Shown here piece by piece: positions 58,987-64,000 of a stretch of 64,000 bases of DNA (position 1 is its first letter; each line of letters begins with the position of its first letter). The notes under the pieces are model-generated. The model was not told where the DNA came from and searched no databases. It worked only from the letters and a program-made list of their open reading frames with translations. The stretch is taken from positions 11,473 through 75,472 of the forward strand of contig JAHLMO010000001.1 in NCBI GenBank assembly GCA_018920305.1. The letters are read 5' to 3'. Origin of the DNA: Candidatus Aenigmatarchaeota archaeon (lineage in GTDB: Archaea > Aenigmatarchaeota > Aenigmatarchaeia > CG10238-14 > SpSt-28). The position numbers and the translations under genes are program-made.

Positions 58987-59838
58987 TTAAATTCTTAATT
59001 TTATTTCTATTAATTCTCTTAACTCCTTTTCAAAAATTTTTGCAGAATTTCTATAATCGTATTCTTTTGCAATTAACTGATTTGCTTCATATTCTTCAAA
59101 GTTCAATAATCTCTGAATTTTAGCTAAAAAGTTTCCAAAATTTATATTTGGAGTACCTAAAAAACCATCATTAGTAATAACTATTTTTTTCATAGCCATT
59201 GCTTCTAATACTTCTTTCTTTTTATTTTCAATTGCAATTATTAAATTACTATTCAAATATAATTCTGCTCTCTCCTTTTTACTTAACTCTCTACTAATGA
59301 AAGTAATAAACGGATAAACTTTATCTGAAGTTGCTTGATACACGATAAAATTTAAATTTTTAATTAATTTTTTCAATTCTAAGATTTTTTCCAAGAATGA
59401 AACCAAGCCAGTATCAAAAGAATTCGCTAATATCGTAATTCTATTAATCTTATCAAATTTTTTAAATTTAGATTTAAAGTTACTGAAAAATTCAAAATCA
59501 ATAAAATATGGAAAATAAATACAATTTTCTACTTTTTTATTTCTAATCGCATAAAATTCGTAATCAAAAACGTATCTTTCTAATTCATTTTCCACAATTT
59601 TTACATTAACAGCATAATTGCTCTTAAAATTTATATTTTTATCTATAAAAAGGATTTTAACGTCTTCTTGTCTAATTGCGCTTTCAAAATTTAAGGTTTT
59701 TATTATTTTTATATTGTTTTCTGAAAAATATTCTCCAGATTCTTTACTTTTTTCAAATATTATGATTTCATATTTAATTAGACTTAAAAATTTTATTATG
59801 TCTTCATCTACTTTATCTAAAAGAAATCCTATTTTCAT
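58987..59838 (-). CDS. Degenerate GT-B (GT4-like) protein
   Basis: MKIGFL start (ATG 59838); AELYLNSNLII...VLEAMAMKKIVIT; lacks E-x-F-G; shares IYFPY with 57545-58360. Confidence 0.6.
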   Translation of the reverse strand: MKIGFLLDKVDEDIIKFLSLIKYEIIIFEKSKESGEYFSENNIKIIKTLNFESAIRQEDVKILFIDKNINFKSNYAVNVKIVENELERYVFDYEFYAIRNKKVENCIYFPYFIDFEFFSNFKSKFKKFDKINRITILANSFDTGLVSFLEKILELKKLIKNLNFIVYQATSDKVYPFITFISRELSKKERAELYLNSNLIIAIENKKKEVLEAMAMKKIVITNDGFLGTPNINFGNFLAKIQRLLNFEEYEANQLIAKEYDYRNSAKIFEKELRELIEIKLRI

Positions 59839-60304
59839 AAAAATTAAATTGCTAACATCAATAATACTCTTAGTACTGATTTCTATTCTCACTTTTTTTA
59901 TAAAAGATAAATATTTATATGACGAATTAGATTACGAAATAAGATATGTTGCCTATGTTATAGATGGTGATACTTTTGTCGATAAGAATGGAGAAAGAGT
60001 AAGATTAATTGGAATTAACGCTCCTGAAATTGGTGAAAGATGTTATGAAGAAGCTAAAGCAAGATTAAAGGAGTTGATAGAAAAAAAGTATGTTAAATTG
60101 GTCTATGATGTTAAAAGGAAGGATAGATATAATAGAACTCTTGCATATGTTTTTGTTAACGATTTAAACGTTAATCTAATAATGATTAAAGAAGGTTATG
60201 CAGTTGTTTATCCAGATAGATTAAATACAAGGTTTTTAAATGAATTTTATTCTGCAGAAAAATATGCAAGAGAAAATAAAATTGGTTGTTTATGGAAAGA
60301 TTAA
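59798..60304 (+). CDS. Membrane-anchored thermonuclease (SNase family); start uncertain (ATG 59798 or TTG 59849)
   Basis: VIDGDT, VRLIGINAPE, DRYNRTLAYV, GYA, AEKYARENKIGCLW; N-terminal TM. Confidence 0.9.
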   Translation: MSSSTLSKRNPIFIKIKLLTSIILLVLISILTFFIKDKYLYDELDYEIRYVAYVIDGDTFVDKNGERVRLIGINAPEIGERCYEEAKARLKELIEKKYVKLVYDVKRKDRYNRTLAYVFVNDLNVNLIMIKEGYAVVYPDRLNTRFLNEFYSAEKYARENKIGCLWKD

Positions 60305-61386
60305 TCCAAAAAGTCTTCATTTTTAATCTTTTCTGGTAAATAAGTTTCTGTAACAAATTTTAGACCTCTACCAGCTAATGATTCTAATTCTGCTTTATAC
60401 TTCTTTTCTATAAACTTATTAATTTCTCTCTGCCAATGTTTTTTCTTAAACCACTCGTAATTCAATAATTCATATGCTCTTTTTATGTCAACATCTTTAG
60501 CTTTTATTGTCCAATTTTTTAATTTATAAGTCTCTATGTCTGTCATCGTTAAGCCTATAAATTTTGCATCCTTAGTTCCTAATCTATCTGAAATATGAGC
60601 TAAATTTATAGAGCCATATTTTATTACAGAATATATATAGAATCCATAAGGATCAGAGTCAGTAAAAACATATACAGGTAAATTAAACTCTTGATTTAAT
60701 CTTTGAATCAATCTTCTTGCTCCTCTAGGAGCTTGGCCCTGAGTTGTTAATAATATACACTTATGTTTTTTCCAAAATTTATCTTCATGTAATCTTTCCC
60801 ATGCGGCATTTTTCTCAACTACTAAAACAAACTCTGCTTCTACTTTTTTAAACTCTATTGCTTCTACATTGCTAGGTATTGCCCATCCACCGCTACCTAA
60901 TTTACTCCAATCTATTACATCTCCCCTATCCTCTATAATTACGTCGCCAACTACTCTTCCTTTTGTATCTGCATTTAAATGAAGTTGCTCTCTTAATACA
61001 TCTAAAGTAACTTCTAGATCAACTATACAACTATCACTTTCATCCTGCTCATCAAAAGTATTTTCATTGCTATTTGGTAAAGTTCTTTTCATCGCATAAA
61101 AGGCTTCTCTTAAGCTCGCATGTATATTTTCTTTTAATAATTCTTTTGCAAAACTAGCAACTAGTAAAGTTTGCATGAACTTCTTAGCTTTATGTAAATT
61201 GAAAAAATCTCTTTCAATTTTTTTATCTCCTAATCTTAAGATAAATTCTTTCTTATCAAATATTACATTTTTTAAACTTCTTGCAGGAATGAGCATCCTT
61301 GGATTTTCTCCTCTATTTATTTGTTCAAATAAATCTTTTCCTAAAATTTCCAATTTTTCTATTACTCTTTTAATATATTCTGCCAT
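60301..61386 (-). CDS. top6A: DNA topoisomerase VI subunit A
   Basis: SLREAFY, FDEQDESD, VVEK, FTDSDPYG, KAELES. Confidence 0.97.
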   Translation of the reverse strand: MAEYIKRVIEKLEILGKDLFEQINRGENPRMLIPARSLKNVIFDKKEFILRLGDKKIERDFFNLHKAKKFMQTLLVASFAKELLKENIHASLREAFYAMKRTLPNSNENTFDEQDESDSCIVDLEVTLDVLREQLHLNADTKGRVVGDVIIEDRGDVIDWSKLGSGGWAIPSNVEAIEFKKVEAEFVLVVEKNAAWERLHEDKFWKKHKCILLTTQGQAPRGARRLIQRLNQEFNLPVYVFTDSDPYGFYIYSVIKYGSINLAHISDRLGTKDAKFIGLTMTDIETYKLKNWTIKAKDVDIKRAYELLNYEWFKKKHWQREINKFIEKKYKAELESLAGRGLKFVTETYLPEKIKNEDFLD

Positions 61387-61392
61387 AATTAA

Positions 61393-63141
61393 TTAAACTT
61401 CAATTTCTATTTCTGGCAATTTTTTGTTTGCAATTTCTTCTAACTTTTTTCTTATTTCATTCTCATCATAATTTGATAAAATAGAAATACTCCTAGCAAC
61501 TTCTGGTAGATATCTCTCAAAAATATTTCTTTTAGCTTTTATTAACTCTGCTTTTCTTTTCTTATAAATATATAGATAAACTTTTCTTAAAGCTTCTTGA
61601 ACTGACAATTCTAACTCTTTAATAATTTCTGGATATTCTGCAATCGCTTGTTTTCCTTCGCTTTTATATGGAATCCAAACAGAAATGAAATCTACTAATA
61701 TTAACATGTTATCTGCCGGCAGATTAGAATTTCCAGATTGAATTCCATAGTGACTCCAATTTATTGACATTAATACTTTTGTTATTGCGCAGTCTCTAGC
61801 ATTATAAAGTAAAGGAGTATGATTTGCAAATCTCAAAATTATTGATTGAGAAGGTATTTCTTCCTCTTCCATTTTCTTTAATTCCTTTAATCCATAAGCT
61901 ATAGCTACTTGAACTTGAAATGGAAAACCTCTATAAACTTTTGGTTTTCTCGTTATAGCTACATAATATTCAGCTGGATATAATTTTTTAAGAGCGTCTA
62001 TTAAATATTTATTATCTATAGGACTTAAACAATCCGTCGGTGGAGCTCTAATTTTTACTTTTTGAAGTGTATTAAATATTTTTTCTGCCTCTTGTAATGA
62101 AATTTCTTTCGGATCCTTAAACATATATTGCAGTATCTTATATGATAAAAATAATTTTCTTAATTCTTGCTCATTTAATTCTATAATTTTTTTGTTTTCA
62201 TCTAAGCCAGTTTCTTCTAGCGTCTTTTTTATTATATAATCTTGCTTAAATTCTTTTTTTAAGAAATCAAAAACTTTTAATTCTTTGTCTTTAATCTCTA
62301 TTTCTTCCGCTCTTAAACTTAATTTTAGAACTCTTATTACAGTTATTAAACTTATTCTAGAAAACTCTCCAACTAAAAAATCTAATAGCGTTTTTTTATC
62401 TGTTATTTCTAACATTCTTTTAAATATTCCCAACTCAATTCCATATGGATGCGGTTTAATTTCTTTAGGTTGTTTTGGTAATTTATTAGTTACTCTATCT
62501 AAAATTATTTTTTCTCCATCTTTTTCGAAAACAATTTTTGTAAATGGATTAACTAACCAAATTAATTTTAAATATTCTTCTATTTTACTAGTATATTTTC
62601 CTTCAACCTCTATTTCAATATCCAATCCATGCCAATTATCCTTGTTTTCTTCCTCACTATATTTTATAACTTTTGGTTCGTTTTTAATTACATCTATCAT
62701 TAACTCGAAATAATATATTTTCTTTGAGTTTATAGTCGCTGTATATATTTTAGCTGGCTTTGAAGTTGTTAGCTGAGAATAAAGTATGGCACCTTTTGCT
62801 CCTATTCCTTGAGTTCCTATAGATTGTCTTAATCTATAAAATTTGCTTCCAACTAAAAATTTTCCCAGTGCTATTGGTAACTTTTTTGGATTAATTCCAG
62901 GGCCGTTATCTATTACTCTAACTCTATATCTATTTTCATCTAATTTTCTTAATTTTACTTCTATCGTTGGTAAAATGTTTGCTTCAATACAAGCGTCTAT
63001 AGAATTATCTACAAATTCTTTTATTACAGTAAACAAAGATTTAGAAGGATTTTCATATCCCAAGAGATGTCTATTTTTTTCAAAAAATTCTGCAATACTT
63101 ACTTCTTTTATTTTCTCAGATATATCTAAACTTTGAGTCAT
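61393..63141 (-). CDS. top6B: DNA topoisomerase VI subunit B
   Basis: AEFFEKNRHLLG, EFVDNSIDA, DNGPG, GTQGIG, KPHPYG, RFANHTPL. Confidence 0.97.
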   Translation of the reverse strand: MTQSLDISEKIKEVSIAEFFEKNRHLLGYENPSKSLFTVIKEFVDNSIDACIEANILPTIEVKLRKLDENRYRVRVIDNGPGINPKKLPIALGKFLVGSKFYRLRQSIGTQGIGAKGAILYSQLTTSKPAKIYTATINSKKIYYFELMIDVIKNEPKVIKYSEEENKDNWHGLDIEIEVEGKYTSKIEEYLKLIWLVNPFTKIVFEKDGEKIILDRVTNKLPKQPKEIKPHPYGIELGIFKRMLEITDKKTLLDFLVGEFSRISLITVIRVLKLSLRAEEIEIKDKELKVFDFLKKEFKQDYIIKKTLEETGLDENKKIIELNEQELRKLFLSYKILQYMFKDPKEISLQEAEKIFNTLQKVKIRAPPTDCLSPIDNKYLIDALKKLYPAEYYVAITRKPKVYRGFPFQVQVAIAYGLKELKKMEEEEIPSQSIILRFANHTPLLYNARDCAITKVLMSINWSHYGIQSGNSNLPADNMLILVDFISVWIPYKSEGKQAIAEYPEIIKELELSVQEALRKVYLYIYKKRKAELIKAKRNIFERYLPEVARSISILSNYDENEIRKKLEEIANKKLPEIEIEV

Positions 63142-63169
63142 ATATATTATAAGTAAACAATATTATTAT

Positions 63170-63616
63170 TTATTGTTGATCTTGTTTTGATAAATCTTTT
63201 TGATAAGGTAAAGGAATAATAATTTTTCCACCAATTTTTGAAATTCTATGTATTAAGTCTGCGAAAGTATTTATAATAGTCTGAACTGTTATTAAATCAA
63301 AACTAAATTTTTCTGGCTTAATTATTATTACACTACTCGGTGCATACACTATTGTAGCGAAAATCAAAGCATATATATTTTTTGCTAATATCTTTGTTTT
63401 TACCACACTAGAATAACTTTTTTCAAGATCTTTTATTTCTTTAGCTTCTAAATATTCTTCATCTATCACTATAATTTCATCAAATTCCTTTAATTTTTTA
63501 ATATGCTCTTTTAGTGCATCTTCAGCAATTTTCTTTTCTAGAGCGACAGTTTCAAACCACATTTCTGCTAAGATATAACCTTCTTTAATTTTATTTTCTA
63601 TTTCTCTCGTATCCAT
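63170..63616 (-). CDS. Conserved archaeal hypothetical protein
   Basis: Clean ORF; YSSVV...YAPSSVIIIKP pattern. Confidence 0.6.
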   Translation of the reverse strand: MDTREIENKIKEGYILAEMWFETVALEKKIAEDALKEHIKKLKEFDEIIVIDEEYLEAKEIKDLEKSYSSVVKTKILAKNIYALIFATIVYAPSSVIIIKPEKFSFDLITVQTIINTFADLIHRISKIGGKIIIPLPYQKDLSKQDQQ

Positions 63617-63635
63617 ATTATACTAAAATCCAACT

Positions 63636-64000
63636 CTATAATATTAATTCAACTTTTGCTAAACAATTTGGACATCTGTATGAAGAATTTAAATTTATCG
63701 TTTTGTTCTCCCTATCAATTATAATACTTTTACAATTATAACACAAAACATTTCTTTCATCATTTATATAGACAAATCTTAGACCTGTTCTTTCTGCCAA
63801 ATCTTTTAATTCTAATAGTTCGTATATATTTTCATTATTTGGATAATGAATGTGAAACGGAATGGAAGAAGAAAGATCATTAATTATAAGCTCGCTAAAT
63901 TCTACTAACTTTTCTTTCTTATATTCTTCATTAATTATGTTTAATATTTCCATATGAAGTTTCTGTCTATAAAGATATAAGATTGTTTTTTTTAAGGTTT
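63636..64000 (-). CDS. C-terminal part of AmmeMemoRadiSam-type radical SAM-like protein (5' end beyond window)
   Basis: Frame stays open to window edge (TLKKTILYLYRQKLHMEILNII); IPFH, GLRFVYIN, CYNC...IDR...CPNC match the family C-terminus. Confidence 0.6.
   Translation of the reverse strand, partial: TLKKTILYLYRQKLHMEILNIINEEYKKEKLVEFSELIINDLSSSIPFHIHYPNNENIYELLELKDLAERTGLRFVYINDERNVLCYNCKSIIIDRENKTINLNSSYRCPNCLAKVELIL

Noticed and set aside
59618-59797. Long N-terminal extension of the thermonuclease in the ORF track
   Set aside because: Overlaps the opposite-strand GT-like gene; the true start is probably further downstream
1584-63136. Many short ORFs antisense to or overlapping real genes (e.g. 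8538-8837, 16967-17308, 17789-18202, 44046-44624, 62285-62713)
   Set aside because: Shadow ORFs of well-supported genes. The similarity between 16967-17308 and 17789-18202 just reflects the cdc48 internal repeat.

Overview
Very AT-rich, gene-dense archaeal chromosome segment. The gene set and organisation suggest a DPANN archaeon, possibly Aenigmarchaeota-like; this is inferred from protein families, not from a phylogeny. Most of it is housekeeping: Rpo3, TFB, TFS, PCNA, RFC-S/L, PolB, TopA, TopoVI A/B, split Hef, HerA-NurA, split class II RNR, Cdc48, ribosomal proteins (including eS26), MetRS, ProRS, aIF1A/aIF2-beta, Rio1, Nmd3 and a type IV pilus locus. There are three tRNAs (Leu-CAA and Ala-CGC with introns, Pro-TGG). 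I saw no CRISPR array, integrase or transposase. The most notable signals are: (1) an unannotated 38-aa ORF converging on cdc48 that reproduces the Cdc48 C-terminal tail (EFYK...RYIG); (2) a five-gene cluster of two degenerate GT-B proteins, a wHTH, a stand-alone PqqD/RRE-like protein and MinD; (3) a circularly permuted GT4 glycosyltransferase; (4) an isolated GC-rich hairpin with a G7 run at the junction of two small ORFs; (5) nucleotide-identical blocks shared by the Cdc48 D1 and D2 domains; and (6) a 936-bp near-identical duplication with a locally diverged patch inside a DUF2341-like surface protein. All family calls come from motif recognition by eye; no database searches were run.
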